From NCBI RefSeq assembly GCF_024227435.1, contig NZ_CP100445.1:1213369-1237368 (forward strand): a stretch of 24,000 nt of DNA, in the 5' to 3' direction. The DNA is from Natrinema caseinilyticum (GTDB lineage Archaea > Halobacteriota > Halobacteria > Halobacteriales > Natrialbaceae). Under the pieces are notes generated by a model. That model had not been told where the DNA came from, searched no databases, and saw nothing but the letters and a program-made list of their open reading frames with translations. Within the stretch, counting starts at the first letter, position 1; every line of letters starts with the position of its first letter. Below, piece after piece: positions 1 to 8,833 of this stretch. The translations under genes were made by a program, and so were the position numbers.

Positions 1-689
1 GTGCCGACGCCCTCGTAGGTGATTTCGACTGCGTCGCCGGGTTCGACCAGCCCGGGATTCGCGGGGCTCCCGAAGGAGACGACGTCACCGGGCCGGAAGG
101 TGATCCGGCGCGAGAGGTAGGCGATGATTTCGGCGGGTGAGAACAGCATGCGTTCGGTGTTCGCTTCCTGTCGTCGCTCCCCGGCGACGTCCGTGTACAT
201 GTCGATTCCGGTCGGGTCGACGGCCGTTTCGATCCACGGACCGAGCGGACCGGACGCGTCGAACGCCTTCCGAGGCGTCCGCCCGCCCTGGTCTAAGGCA
301 TCCATGTCGTTCAGAATCGTGTAGCCGCGGACGACGTCGGAGACGGCAGCCTCGGAGAGATTTCTGCAGGGTTCGTCGATGACGGCCGCGAGTTCGCCGG
401 CGTAGGTGAGTTCGTCGGAGAACGTCGGATAGGGAATCGGGTCCGCGTGGCCGACGACCGAGGCGGGCGACTTGATGAAGAAATCGGGCTCGTCCGGGCG
501 CTCGTACTCCATTTGTTCGATCGTCGCCGCAAAATTTCGTCCGACGCAGTACAGCGCCGAGGGGGTACACGGCGGGAGGAAATCCCCCTCCGTGCCGACT
601 TCGTAGACGCCGTCGTCCGTGTGAACGACGCCGTCCTCGTACCGTCCAGAGACCGGGCCACCGTCCGTCGCAATCCGCGCGAGTTTCAT
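1..689 (-). CDS. Fumarylacetoacetate hydrolase (FAH) family protein, 3' end truncated by window edge
   Basis: Reading the minus strand from ATG at 689 gives MKLARIATDGGPVSGRYEDG...CVGRNFAATIEQMEYERPDEPDFFIKSPASVVGHADPIPYP...ELAAVIDEPCRNLSEAAVSDVVRGYTILNDMDALDQ, matching FAH-family motifs (VGRNF, P.FF.K, E.A.VI, GYT..ND). It stays open to base 1. Confidence 0.88.
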   Translation of the reverse strand, partial: MKLARIATDGGPVSGRYEDGVVHTDDGVYEVGTEGDFLPPCTPSALYCVGRNFAATIEQMEYERPDEPDFFIKSPASVVGHADPIPYPTFSDELTYAGELAAVIDEPCRNLSEAAVSDVVRGYTILNDMDALDQGGRTPRKAFDASGPLGPWIETAVDPTGIDMYTDVAGERRQEANTERMLFSPAEIIAYLSRRITFRPGDVVSFGSPANPGLVEPGDAVEITYEGVG

Positions 690-782
690 GACCGGCGCTC
701 TCGGTTCCGGTGAATTAGTCGTACCGATTTCGCGGGGCGGCGATCGGCGTCGGGCCCTGCACGGACGGACGTTCGCTGCTCG

Positions 783-1019
783 TTATTTCTCGAGGAGGAG
801 GTACGTTCGACCACCGCGGTGTTCGAGCGAGACCGCGTCGGTCTCGACGTTCGAGCGAACGAAGTCGTCGATTCCTGCCGCGTGCAGATCGGTGACGTCG
901 ATCCGTCGGTACCGGTCTCCGCTTCCGGTTCGGCGATCGGCGGATGCGCCGGTTTCGCGTCTGTCACGCCCTTCGCCGCGATCGGCGGTCTCGTCCCCTG
1001 CTTCGACGATCAGTGGCAT
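783..1019 (-). CDS. Small haloarchaeal hypothetical protein (78 aa)
   Basis: ATG at 1019 gives MPLIVEAGDETADRGEGRDRRETGASADRRTGSGDRYRRIDVTDLHAAGIDDFVRSNVETDAVSLEHRGGRTYLLLEK*. Third codon positions are GC-rich and composition is protein-like. No family recognised. Confidence 0.4.
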   Translation of the reverse strand: MPLIVEAGDETADRGEGRDRRETGASADRRTGSGDRYRRIDVTDLHAAGIDDFVRSNVETDAVSLEHRGGRTYLLLEK

Positions 1020-1250
1020 ACGTATCAATTAGACCGACAGTACGTCAATCCGATCCGTCCGGAGTGAAAGTGAAAGTGCGGGACACGACGGAGGCGCTCG
1101 ACGAACGTGAGAGAGGCCACGGAGCACTCGAGCGGAGCGATCGGTGGCGCACGACCCTTGACCGGCAGTGGTGTGCGAACCGACCACGGGAAACACCCGC
1201 CGGACGGGCTTCGAGCGGGATCGGACGGCCGGTCGCCCGTCGGGCCGGTC

Positions 1251-1679
1251 CTAGCCGAGCGTCTTGACTTCGACGTCGACGGGGCCGTCGTCGGTCTCGA
1301 GTGCGACGGAGTCGACGATCGCCTCGCGCGCCCGGTCCTGCCAGTCCGCGACGGCGTTCGCGTGACGTTCGTGAATCGCGTCGGCATCGTCGGCCCCCTG
1401 GCCCTCGTCCGCCTCCGGGAGTTCGGGCTCCAACTCCGGATACGTGGCGATGACGTCGTCCGCGATGACGTCCGCGGGCGAGATGTGAACCGCACCGGTC
1501 AGTTCGGTATCGTCGACGCGGTAGACGTGAATGCGGGCCCGCATTCGGCCGTGAAACGGCGGGGTCGCCCGAAGGACGGCGTCGCCGGGATTCTCGCGAC
1601 TGTAGACGTACGCGTCGACCACGTCCTCGGGCGAGAGCGCGACCGAGCGGATCGCGGATGGATCGTCGTCTTCCACCAT
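1251..1679 (-). CDS. Conserved-looking haloarchaeal hypothetical protein
   Basis: ORF 1251..1730; start at MVEDDDPSAIRSVALSPEDVVDAYVYSRENPGDAVLRATPPFHGRMRARIHVYRVDDTELTGAVHISPADVIAD... Acidic haloarchaeal composition; globular-looking with no disruptions. Confidence 0.75.
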   Translation of the reverse strand: MVEDDDPSAIRSVALSPEDVVDAYVYSRENPGDAVLRATPPFHGRMRARIHVYRVDDTELTGAVHISPADVIADDVIATYPELEPELPEADEGQGADDADAIHERHANAVADWQDRAREAIVDSVALETDDGPVDVEVKTLG

Positions 1680-1781
1680 CGACGGCGGATAGGTATCCCG
1701 GCGGTTTAGCGGTGGCGGTGAGGGTGCCAAGCCCCCGTCCTCACGGAGCGAGGCGAAGCCGAGCGAGTAGGGCGGGGTCGT

Positions 1782-2606
1782 TCACTTCTCGTGTTCGGCA
1801 GCGTCGTCCGCGACTCGCGGGCGAAAAACCGCCGCTCGAACGTCCGTCGAGACGCCGTAGGCCGCGTCCGCGACGGAATCCGGGAGGGACACGTCTGACT
1901 CGGTGTAGTGGACGCACAGCGACGCTCGGACGGCCTCTCGGACGCAGGCCCGCGTCGCGGCGCCGACCTCGGTTCCGCTCCCCGAGAACTCGGCCGGCGG
2001 TCCCGACGGATCGTGGCCGACGACGACCGCGTCCGTCGTGGTTCCAGGGAAGCCGGTTTCGGCGAGCAGCGTCGCCGCCTTCGCCTCCGCGGCGACCGCG
2101 ACCAGGTTCGCCAGCGCACCCGGTGCGAGCGCCCGCGTCGTCCCGACGATGACGTTGACGGTCCCCGGCCGCCGTTCCCGTTCCCGCTCGAGGCCCGACT
2201 CGCCCGCGTCGAGAACGCTCGCGTCCGACGTCGAGTTCGCATCCGAGGCCGCCGTCGACTCCGACACCATCGGTAACGCGGCCGGGTTCGAAACCCCGGC
2301 CGTCGCATAGGCCGTCACCGGACCGCGGCGGGCGCCCCGAGCGTCCGAAATATCGACTCCCGTCAGCAGCGCCGGTCCCGTCTCCTCAGCACCGGTCGGC
2401 CCGAAGCCCGCCCGCTCGAGCCGTTCGTCGACGTAGGTGCCGAGGTCCGTTCGGTCCCAGCCGTCGGGAACCGAAACGTTGTACGCGTGGTCGGCGACGC
2501 GACGGCCGCCGTTCCAGCCGGTGGAGAGCCACTCGGTCTCGGGACGACTGACTCGAAGGACGTCGGCTCGCCGAGTCGCGGCGTACGCCGGTCCGTGCTC
2601 GTTCAT
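1782..2606 (-). CDS. cbiZ: Adenosylcobinamide amidohydrolase
   Basis: MNEHGPAYAATRRADVLRVSRPETEWLSTGWNGG...HAYNVSVP...ALLTGVDI...TAYATAGVSNPA...GTVNVIVGTTRALAPGALANLVAVAAEAKAATLLAETGFPGTTTDAVVVG: characteristic CbiZ motifs, and located in a cobalamin cluster. Confidence 0.9.
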   Translation of the reverse strand: MNEHGPAYAATRRADVLRVSRPETEWLSTGWNGGRRVADHAYNVSVPDGWDRTDLGTYVDERLERAGFGPTGAEETGPALLTGVDISDARGARRGPVTAYATAGVSNPAALPMVSESTAASDANSTSDASVLDAGESGLERERERRPGTVNVIVGTTRALAPGALANLVAVAAEAKAATLLAETGFPGTTTDAVVVGHDPSGPPAEFSGSGTEVGAATRACVREAVRASLCVHYTESDVSLPDSVADAAYGVSTDVRAAVFRPRVADDAAEHEK

Positions 2607-3676
2607 CCTCGGTCTCCGCTATCGATCCGGTCGGCGGGTCCGTCTCCGGTCTCGCGAACGCCGAGCGCCTCGAGAAGGCGGTCGTTCGACGGGCGATCCT
2701 TGACGGCGACCCGGACGTGCGAGTCGAGTCCGCGGAAGGTCGTCGCGTCGCGGATCGCCACGCCGTTTGCACGCGCGTCGGCGATCACCCTCGAGACGTC
2801 GCGGTCGCCCACGTCACAGAGGAGAAACGGGGCGGTCGACGGATACACGTCGAACTGCTCTTCGAGCGCCGCGGCCATCCGCTCGCGTTCGCGCTCGACC
2901 CGCTCGCGCGTGTCCCGAACGAACGCCGACTGTCGGAGGCAGTGCGTGCCGACCCTTGCAGCAGGGGTCCCGAGCGACCACGTGCGCCGAGCGCTCGCGA
3001 ACGCGTCCGTCCGGTCACCGGTCGCGACGGCGAACCCGGCCCGGAGTCCCGGCAGACCGAACAGTTTGGTGAGCGAGCGAGCGACGACGACGGCCTCGGA
3101 CTCGAGTTCGACCGCCGACGGCCGATCGGTAAACCCGAGAAACGCCTCGTCGACGAGCAGGGTCGTTCCCGCGTCCGCACAGCGAGCCGCGAACGCCTCG
3201 AGCGTCTCCAACTCGACCGCGTCCCCGGTCGGATTGTTCGGCCGACAGACGACCGCGAGCGAGCAGGGCTCGAGGAGTGCGTGACCGACCCGACACAGTT
3301 CGTCGTACCGAACGAACCGCGGCTTCGCGCCCTGGAGTCTCACTTCGCGAGCGTACTCGCCGAAGCTGGGGTACGGGACCAGCGCCTCGTCGCCCGGCTC
3401 GAGGGACGTCTCCATCGCCAGCCGGATCGCAGCCAGTCCGCCGGGCGTCGGGCTCACCTGCGCCGGATCGCAGCCGACGAAGTCGGCCGCAGCGGCACGG
3501 AAATCGGGGTAACCGTCGTCCGGATAGCGACGGGCGTCCTCGAGTGCGGCCGTGTACGCGTCGTCGACACCCGCCGGAACGCGGGGATTGGTGTTGGCGG
3601 AAAAATCCACCAGCGCCCGGTCGGGTTCGCCGCCGTGAGGCACTCGGCGTCCGGCTCGGATCGAGTCAGGGTCCAC
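2603..3676 (-). CDS. cobD: CobD-like pyridoxal-phosphate aminotransferase / threonine-phosphate decarboxylase family
   Basis: ORF 2603..3832; GTG start proposed at 3676 (VDPDSIRAGRRVPHGGEPDRALVDFSANTNPRVP). Motifs: DFSANTNP, VVCRPNNPTGD, LLVDEAFLGF, VVARSLTKLFGLPGLRAGFAV. Overlaps the cbiZ start by 4 nt. Confidence 0.87.
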   Translation of the reverse strand: MDPDSIRAGRRVPHGGEPDRALVDFSANTNPRVPAGVDDAYTAALEDARRYPDDGYPDFRAAAADFVGCDPAQVSPTPGGLAAIRLAMETSLEPGDEALVPYPSFGEYAREVRLQGAKPRFVRYDELCRVGHALLEPCSLAVVCRPNNPTGDAVELETLEAFAARCADAGTTLLVDEAFLGFTDRPSAVELESEAVVVARSLTKLFGLPGLRAGFAVATGDRTDAFASARRTWSLGTPAARVGTHCLRQSAFVRDTRERVERERERMAAALEEQFDVYPSTAPFLLCDVGDRDVSRVIADARANGVAIRDATTFRGLDSHVRVAVKDRPSNDRLLEALGVRETGDGPADRIDSGDRG

Positions 3677-4793
3677 GGTCGTCCCCCGCACGGGCGCCTC
3701 CGTCGTCTGCCGCGCCCGACCCGTCCGCAACCGCGGCGTCGGCCACTCCCGTCGCCGCCGTCGCTGATTCGCCGCCGTGCGCTCCGTCGGGTGCGTCACG
3801 TCCGGGTTCGGCATCGATCCCGAGTCGGGCACAGACCGCCTCGAACCGATCTCGAACCTCGCTCATCCGGCCGTCCGGAACGAGCGAGAGCGCGCCGCCC
3901 ATCGCGACCCCCTCTTTCGCCTCGCCGGCGCAGTATCGGTCCATCGCGACGTGTTCTCGCTCGTCGAAGCCGGGGTCCGTAACGGTGAGGGCGCAGTCGA
4001 ACCGCTCGCACGCGTCCGCGAGTCGGTCACCCTGTTCGGCCGCGACGAACGACGTCGTCGCGATCGAAAGTGGCGCGTCGATTCCGGCGTGGCGTACGAT
4101 CGCGGCGACGGCGACCATCTGGGTCCCGCCGGCCAGTGTCACCTCGATTCCGGCCTCGAGCGCGCCGGCCGTGAGTCCGGCGACGGCCGGTTGGACGGGA
4201 TCACCGACGGCTGCGACCGCCTCGAAGGGCGCGCCGTCGCAATCGCCCGCCTCGAGATCGCTCGCCGCCAGGGCCTCGTCGACGACTCGGCGCTTGCGCT
4301 CGATCGGATTCTCCGGGAGCGACGAGGAGACGCCGCCCGGCTCGCCGAGCGCGGTGAGGACGCCGAGCGCGGTAGTCGTGCCGCCGGGGACCGTTTCACC
4401 GATCAGGAGTTCGTCGTCGGGGAGGCTCGTTCCGTAGTCGTACGCGCGATCGAACGTCGCGTCAGCGTCCGGAACGGCGACCGCTTCTCGAACGTCCGTG
4501 CCGGGACGCACGTCGAGGTCGACCGTCGGCGCGGCCGTCGACCGAGAGAGTCCCGCGTCGATCACCGCGACATCGAACCCGACGACCTCCCGAACGGCGC
4601 GCGTCACGGCCGCGGGCGTCGGACAGCCGTTCGGACTCACCGGGGTCACCGGAGATGCGACCGGCTCGCCGTAGGCGAGGATTTCGACGTCCGCGGACGG
4701 CGTGTGCGCCATCAATTCGGGCGCGGCACCGGCAGCGCTGATGCCGTCGATCAGCGCCGTTTCCGTCGTCCCCGCGGGAAGGAGGATCCGCAT
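3666..4793 (-). CDS. cobT: Archaeal-type nicotinate-nucleotide--dimethylbenzimidazole phosphoribosyltransferase family protein
   Basis: MRILLPAGTTETALIDGISAAGAAPELMAHTPSADVEILAYG...GLSRSTAAPTVDLDVRPGTDVREAVAVPDADATFDRAY...ETVPGGTTTALGVLTALGE...LAGGTQMVAVAAIVRHAG: glycine-rich motifs of the archaeal CobT-like family. Confidence 0.85.
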   Translation of the reverse strand: MRILLPAGTTETALIDGISAAGAAPELMAHTPSADVEILAYGEPVASPVTPVSPNGCPTPAAVTRAVREVVGFDVAVIDAGLSRSTAAPTVDLDVRPGTDVREAVAVPDADATFDRAYDYGTSLPDDELLIGETVPGGTTTALGVLTALGEPGGVSSSLPENPIERKRRVVDEALAASDLEAGDCDGAPFEAVAAVGDPVQPAVAGLTAGALEAGIEVTLAGGTQMVAVAAIVRHAGIDAPLSIATTSFVAAEQGDRLADACERFDCALTVTDPGFDEREHVAMDRYCAGEAKEGVAMGGALSLVPDGRMSEVRDRFEAVCARLGIDAEPGRDAPDGAHGGESATAATGVADAAVADGSGAADDGGARAGDDRGP

Positions 4794-4795
4794 CG

Positions 4796-5446
4796 TCAGC
4801 GCCCCTCCGCGCGCCGGTCCCGGAGTCGGCGGGCCGCAATTCGCGCGTCTTCGAGTCGGTTCACGTTCACCGCGAGTCGTGGGTCGTAATAGACGTCGGT
4901 CATAGTCGTGACAGTGGATGCGTCGGTCGTCGAATCCCCAGCGTCGGTCGTCGGATCGTCGGCGTCGCCCCTCGAATCGGCCGGGGCGCCGACGACGTTG
5001 ACCCCGGTGGGGGCGAGGTGGTCGTCGGGCTCGAGTCGCGCGTCGATGCTGACCCCGAGTCGCCGTTTGAGGGCCACCGGAACGCAGACGGTCCGCGAGC
5101 CGTCCCCATCGCCGTGGGCCGCGAGTATCCGGTCGACGACGGGTGCCTCGAGCAGCGGGACGTCCGCGGCGACGGTCAGGATCGGCGGCGATATCTCGGA
5201 TCGCTCGAGAACTGCCAGCAGGTCGGTCACGTATCCGTCTCCGGTCGTCTCGATCGTCTGGACGCCGTCGGTACGCTCGAGACGAGCGCGCGTCGCCGGC
5301 GCGTTCGGCGAGACGGCGGCGAAGATCGTCTCGGCCTCGCTCCCCCGGAGCGCCGCCAGTACTCGATCGACCATCCCCGTCCCGTCGATCGGGTACAGCG
5401 GCTTCTCGTGCGGGCTCTCGAGGCGAGTTCCCGCTCCGCCGCACAT
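4796..5446 (-). CDS. cobY: Adenosylcobinamide-phosphate guanylyltransferase (archaeal CobY type)
   Basis: Starts MCGGAGTRLESPHEKPLYPIDGTGMVDRVLAAL (nucleotidyltransferase GGxGTR...EKPL motif), ...ILTVAADVPLLEAPVVDRILAAH...; sits between cobS and cobT. Confidence 0.87.
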   Translation of the reverse strand: MCGGAGTRLESPHEKPLYPIDGTGMVDRVLAALRGSEAETIFAAVSPNAPATRARLERTDGVQTIETTGDGYVTDLLAVLERSEISPPILTVAADVPLLEAPVVDRILAAHGDGDGSRTVCVPVALKRRLGVSIDARLEPDDHLAPTGVNVVGAPADSRGDADDPTTDAGDSTTDASTVTTMTDVYYDPRLAVNVNRLEDARIAARRLRDRRAEGR

Positions 5447-6213
5447 CACAACAGCGTCCACGCGATCACCCCCGCGTGCAGGCCGGCGACGCGACCGATC
5501 TCGTTCGCCGCGCCGAATATGTCGCCGCTTATCCCCCCGAGGTGGCGATTCGCCAGGGACCACGGCAGTCCGGTACCCGCGACCCCACCACAGATCGCGA
5601 TCGCTGCGACGGGATCGGGCCAGGTGAGCGCGACGCCGGGGAGGGCGACGACCGCGGGTGCGAGAAACGAACGGGGCGTGGACGCCGAGGTGAACCCCTT
5701 TCCCATCCCCTCGTACCCGCTCGCTCCGAAGCAGGCCATCGCGGCCATGCCGAGTTTCGCCCCCACCTCGGCGCCGACCGCGACGCCGACCGCCGCGCGG
5801 ACCGGGAGTCCGGCCAGTCCGAGCCCGGCGAGTGCGAGGGCGGCGACGGTGACAGCCACCGAAAGCAACGCGCCGACGCCGGTCGTCGTGTCCTTCAGCA
5901 CCTCGCGGCGACGCTCTCCGTCGCCGTGGACGACCAGCGCATCGCCCAGATCCGCGATCCCGTCTACGTGGTGGATGCCGGTCACGGCGTACACCGCCAG
6001 GAGATAGCCGAACGCGACGGTCGGCGCCGGGAGGGATTCGACCGCGAGCAGCGCCACTCCAGCGAGCGCGCCCGCGACGAACCCGACGACCGGGAAGGCG
6101 GCCGGCGTCGTCCGAAACGCGTCCCAGTCCCCGTCGCGGTAGCCGACCGGAAGGCGCGTCAGGAACCCGGCCGCTCCGCGAACGGCAGCGATCCAGCGGT
6201 CGACCGCGGTCAT
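5446..6213 (-). CDS. cobS: Adenosylcobinamide-GDP ribazoletransferase (cobalamin 5'-phosphate synthase)
   Basis: MTAVDRWIAAVRGAAGFLTRLPVG...TTPAAFPVVGFVAGALAG...AVYAVTGIHHVDGIADLGDALVVHGDGERRREVLKDTTTGVGAL: canonical CobS motifs; multi-pass membrane protein. Confidence 0.93.
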   Translation of the reverse strand: MTAVDRWIAAVRGAAGFLTRLPVGYRDGDWDAFRTTPAAFPVVGFVAGALAGVALLAVESLPAPTVAFGYLLAVYAVTGIHHVDGIADLGDALVVHGDGERRREVLKDTTTGVGALLSVAVTVAALALAGLGLAGLPVRAAVGVAVGAEVGAKLGMAAMACFGASGYEGMGKGFTSASTPRSFLAPAVVALPGVALTWPDPVAAIAICGGVAGTGLPWSLANRHLGGISGDIFGAANEIGRVAGLHAGVIAWTLL

Positions 6214-7214
6214 CTCGTCACCTCCGCTATCGCCGCGACCTGCGACTCGAGTTCCGCACCGGCCGCCGACGCGACGACCGCGAGCCCGACGGCCACGAGG
6301 ACCGAGACGATCGCAGCCGAGCCGACGAGCGAAACGGCGCGCTCTCCGTCCGCGAGCGACGGGAGTTCAGCTTCGGAATTGAGAACGTACGTCGACGGCT
6401 TCTCGAGGCGGACGTCGATAGCACAGGCAAGCGTCGCCATCGGCCACCCGGAGTTGGGTGACGGCGGCACGCGCGCCCACCGTCCGGCTCGGCGGAGTGC
6501 CCGCGGATCGGCCGCGGCGACGGCGATCGCGACCGCCGCGATTCGAGCGGGCAGATACATCACGAGGTCGTCCAGTCGCGCGCTCGCGGTCCCGATCGGC
6601 TTCGAGGGATAGCCGAGCATCGAGTCCAGCGTGTTGACGCCCTTGATCCAGGCGGCGACGCCCGCCGCGAACGGGAGCGAGATCGGCGCGAGGACCGCGA
6701 ACGCGAGCAGGCTCGCGACCAGTCCGTCCGCCAGATTTTCGGCGGCGCTCTCGAGGGCGGCGCTGCGGAGTTCACCCGGCGAGAGCGTCGAGACGTCGCG
6801 ACCGACGAGGCCGACGACCAACTCACGAGCGCGCGCTCCGTCTCCATCGGTCGCTCGTACGACGTTCGCAGTGAGTTCGAGCAGTAAACGGAGGCTGGTC
6901 GTCACGGAGAGGACGAGCGCGGCGACGATTCCTTCGGCCATCGGGTCGAGTGCGGCCGCGGCGGCGACGCCGACGCCGGCGACCGTCGCGGGGACGAGCG
7001 GGGCAGCGGCCGCGATTCCGACGCCGACGAGGCGCTGGCGTCGCGCGGTCGTGCTCCACCGACGGTCGAGACCGTCGACGAGGCGGCCGAACCACGCCAC
7101 CGGGTGAAAGGCGGTCGGCGGCTCGCCGAACAGTAAATCGAGACTGAACGCCAGACCGATCACCGCAAGCGCCGTCAACGTCACGGAAATCCCTCGGTGC
7201 GGACCATCCGCCAT
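6210..7214 (-). CDS. cbiB: Adenosylcobinamide-phosphate synthase CbiB
   Basis: ...LLFGEPPTAFHPVAWFGRLVDGLDRRW...AVVRATDGDGARARELVVGLVGRDVSTLSPGELRSAALESAAENLADGLVASLLAFAV...KGVNTLDSMLGYPSKPIGTASARLDDLVMYLPARIAA: CbiB/CobD membrane protein motifs. Confidence 0.94.
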   Translation of the reverse strand: MADGPHRGISVTLTALAVIGLAFSLDLLFGEPPTAFHPVAWFGRLVDGLDRRWSTTARRQRLVGVGIAAAAPLVPATVAGVGVAAAAALDPMAEGIVAALVLSVTTSLRLLLELTANVVRATDGDGARARELVVGLVGRDVSTLSPGELRSAALESAAENLADGLVASLLAFAVLAPISLPFAAGVAAWIKGVNTLDSMLGYPSKPIGTASARLDDLVMYLPARIAAVAIAVAAADPRALRRAGRWARVPPSPNSGWPMATLACAIDVRLEKPSTYVLNSEAELPSLADGERAVSLVGSAAIVSVLVAVGLAVVASAAGAELESQVAAIAEVTR

Positions 7215-7245
7215 CCCTCCGAACGGACCAGCCGTCCCCCCTCGG

Positions 7246-7881
7246 TCATGACTGCTGTGATTCCACCGTCGAAAGCCGCGTCGGCACGTCCGCGAGCGCT
7301 ACGTCCTCGAGTAACAGCGCCGTGCCGCCGACGGCTTCGATCCCGCCGTCGGCCTGCGGGTCGTCGCCGACGTGGACGAGCTCGGCCGGATCGACGCCGA
7401 GTCGGTCCGCAGTCACGTCGAACATTTCGGGCGCGGGCTTGCGCCATCCGCAGCCGACGCTGGTCACGATCGCGTCGAAATCGTCCCGTTCGAAGTCGGA
7501 TCTGACGAGCGTGCGGCCGACAAGTTCCGGAACGCTGCAGTTCGAACAGATCCCGACCGGTCCCAGTTCGCGGGCCGCCTCGACCGCCTCGAGGGCGCCC
7601 GGCCTGGTTTCGACCGTCGGATCGAACGCCGCGACGACGGCTCGTCTCGCCGCGTTGTGTTCGTACTCGACGCCGCGACTCGCGAGCGCGCGCGAAACGT
7701 GAGCCGGAAGCGGGACCTCAGCGCCGTCGGGCGCGTCGACGTGTGGCTCCGCGTACGCGTCGGCCCAGTCGTCCGGAACCCGAACGTCCCGTTTCTCGAG
7801 TTCCGTCGCGACGGCTCCGGCCGGGTCGGCCGGTCGATCGGCGGTCACCAGCGTCCCAAAGAGATCGAACGATACTCCCAC
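7246..7881 (-). CDS. HAD superfamily hydrolase associated with the cobalamin cluster
   Basis: MGVSFDLFGTLVTADRP (HAD motif I), VGICSNCS (motif II), CGWRKPAPEMFDV (motif III Lys), HVGDDPQADGG (motif IV). Only 31 nt separate its stop from the cbiB start. Confidence 0.88.
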   Translation of the reverse strand: MGVSFDLFGTLVTADRPADPAGAVATELEKRDVRVPDDWADAYAEPHVDAPDGAEVPLPAHVSRALASRGVEYEHNAARRAVVAAFDPTVETRPGALEAVEAARELGPVGICSNCSVPELVGRTLVRSDFERDDFDAIVTSVGCGWRKPAPEMFDVTADRLGVDPAELVHVGDDPQADGGIEAVGGTALLLEDVALADVPTRLSTVESQQS

Positions 7882-8015
7882 GTCCGTGTTACTAGCACAA
7901 GCTGACTTTAATTTCGCGATCCGACTGCGGCCGTCTCGGTGACGTGTCGTCTGACCGATACGACGCTCCGGGACGGACCGACGGGTCGGGTGCTGCCGGC
8001 CGACTCGAACCGTCC

Positions 8016-8627
8016 TCAGGCGAGTCGGGCGAACGCGAGGTTCCCCGAGATATTCTTGATGTAGATGTCCACGATGTCGCCCTCGTCCGCGCCCGGAACA
8101 AAAATCGTATAGTTTCCTTTCTCCGCGACGCCGTCGCCCTTCCGTCCGGTCCCGGTGATTTCGACCGTGTACGTCTGGCCCTCCTCGACGGCGTCTTGTT
8201 GCTGTTGTTGCTGGCTGCTGGTCGACCGCTTGGAAACCGGTCGGAACGCACCGCAGGCGTCACACCGAAGCATCGGCGTTCGGTCCTCTCGGACCAGCCG
8301 CGTGTCCGGCAGTCCGCACTCCGAACAGAGGACGTACTCGTCGACGTAGGCGTCGATCGACGCACTAATGTCGCGCTGGGAGAACGTTCCGTTGTATCGA
8401 CCGCGGCCGTTCTCGAGTTTGCCACTCGTTCCCAGTTCCCGCTGGATGAACCGGTGGAGGTGTTCCGTCTCTCGAGAGAGCACGTCGGCGACTTCGTCTA
8501 CATTCTTTACGCGTGTAAACGCGCCGTCTTTCTGGGTCTGGGGGTCCGGAATCTGGAGTCGTTGTTCGTCGCCCCCGATATCGGGAACGTCTTCCATCGC
8601 TCGGTCGAGACTCGATTCGTAATCCAT
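8016..8627 (-). CDS. eif2b: Translation initiation factor IF-2 subunit beta with C-terminal TRAM domain
   Basis: N-terminal aIF2-beta core (MDYESSLDRAMEDVPDIGG...HLHRFIQRELGTSGKLENGRGRYNGTFSQRDISASIDAYVDEYVLCSECGLPDTRLVREDRTPMLRCDACGAFRPV, C2-C2 zinc finger), then TYTVEITGTGRKGDGVAEKGNYTIFVPGADEGDIVDIYIKNISGNLAFARL (TRAM). Confidence 0.93.
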   Translation of the reverse strand: MDYESSLDRAMEDVPDIGGDEQRLQIPDPQTQKDGAFTRVKNVDEVADVLSRETEHLHRFIQRELGTSGKLENGRGRYNGTFSQRDISASIDAYVDEYVLCSECGLPDTRLVREDRTPMLRCDACGAFRPVSKRSTSSQQQQQQDAVEEGQTYTVEITGTGRKGDGVAEKGNYTIFVPGADEGDIVDIYIKNISGNLAFARLA

Positions 8628-8833
8628 ACACGAGAACAGACGACGCGAACGTAAATCCGTTCTGCTATCACAATTCGCCCGACTGGGGGGCGATAGCCGG
8701 TGAATGCGCTGGTACGTCGGTGTCGATAGGGGAGATTCTGCTCCCCGTAGTTCCGTCGTGGTCGACGCTTCCCGCCGCGTGTTCGTCGGTATCCAGATCC
8801 CGGTCGGCCGAGTCGCCTCGAGAGGAATCGACT

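Noticed and set aside
3277-4437. Long plus-strand ORF (386 aa) opposite cobT and cobD
   Set aside because: Arg/Ser/Pro-rich shadow ORF generated by high-GC codon usage of the real minus-strand genes; no recognisable motifs.
5143-6612. Plus-strand ORF of 489 aa antisense to cobY, cobS and cbiB
   Set aside because: Three clear cobalamin enzymes occupy the opposite strand; the peptide is basic and low complexity, unlike a haloarchaeal protein.
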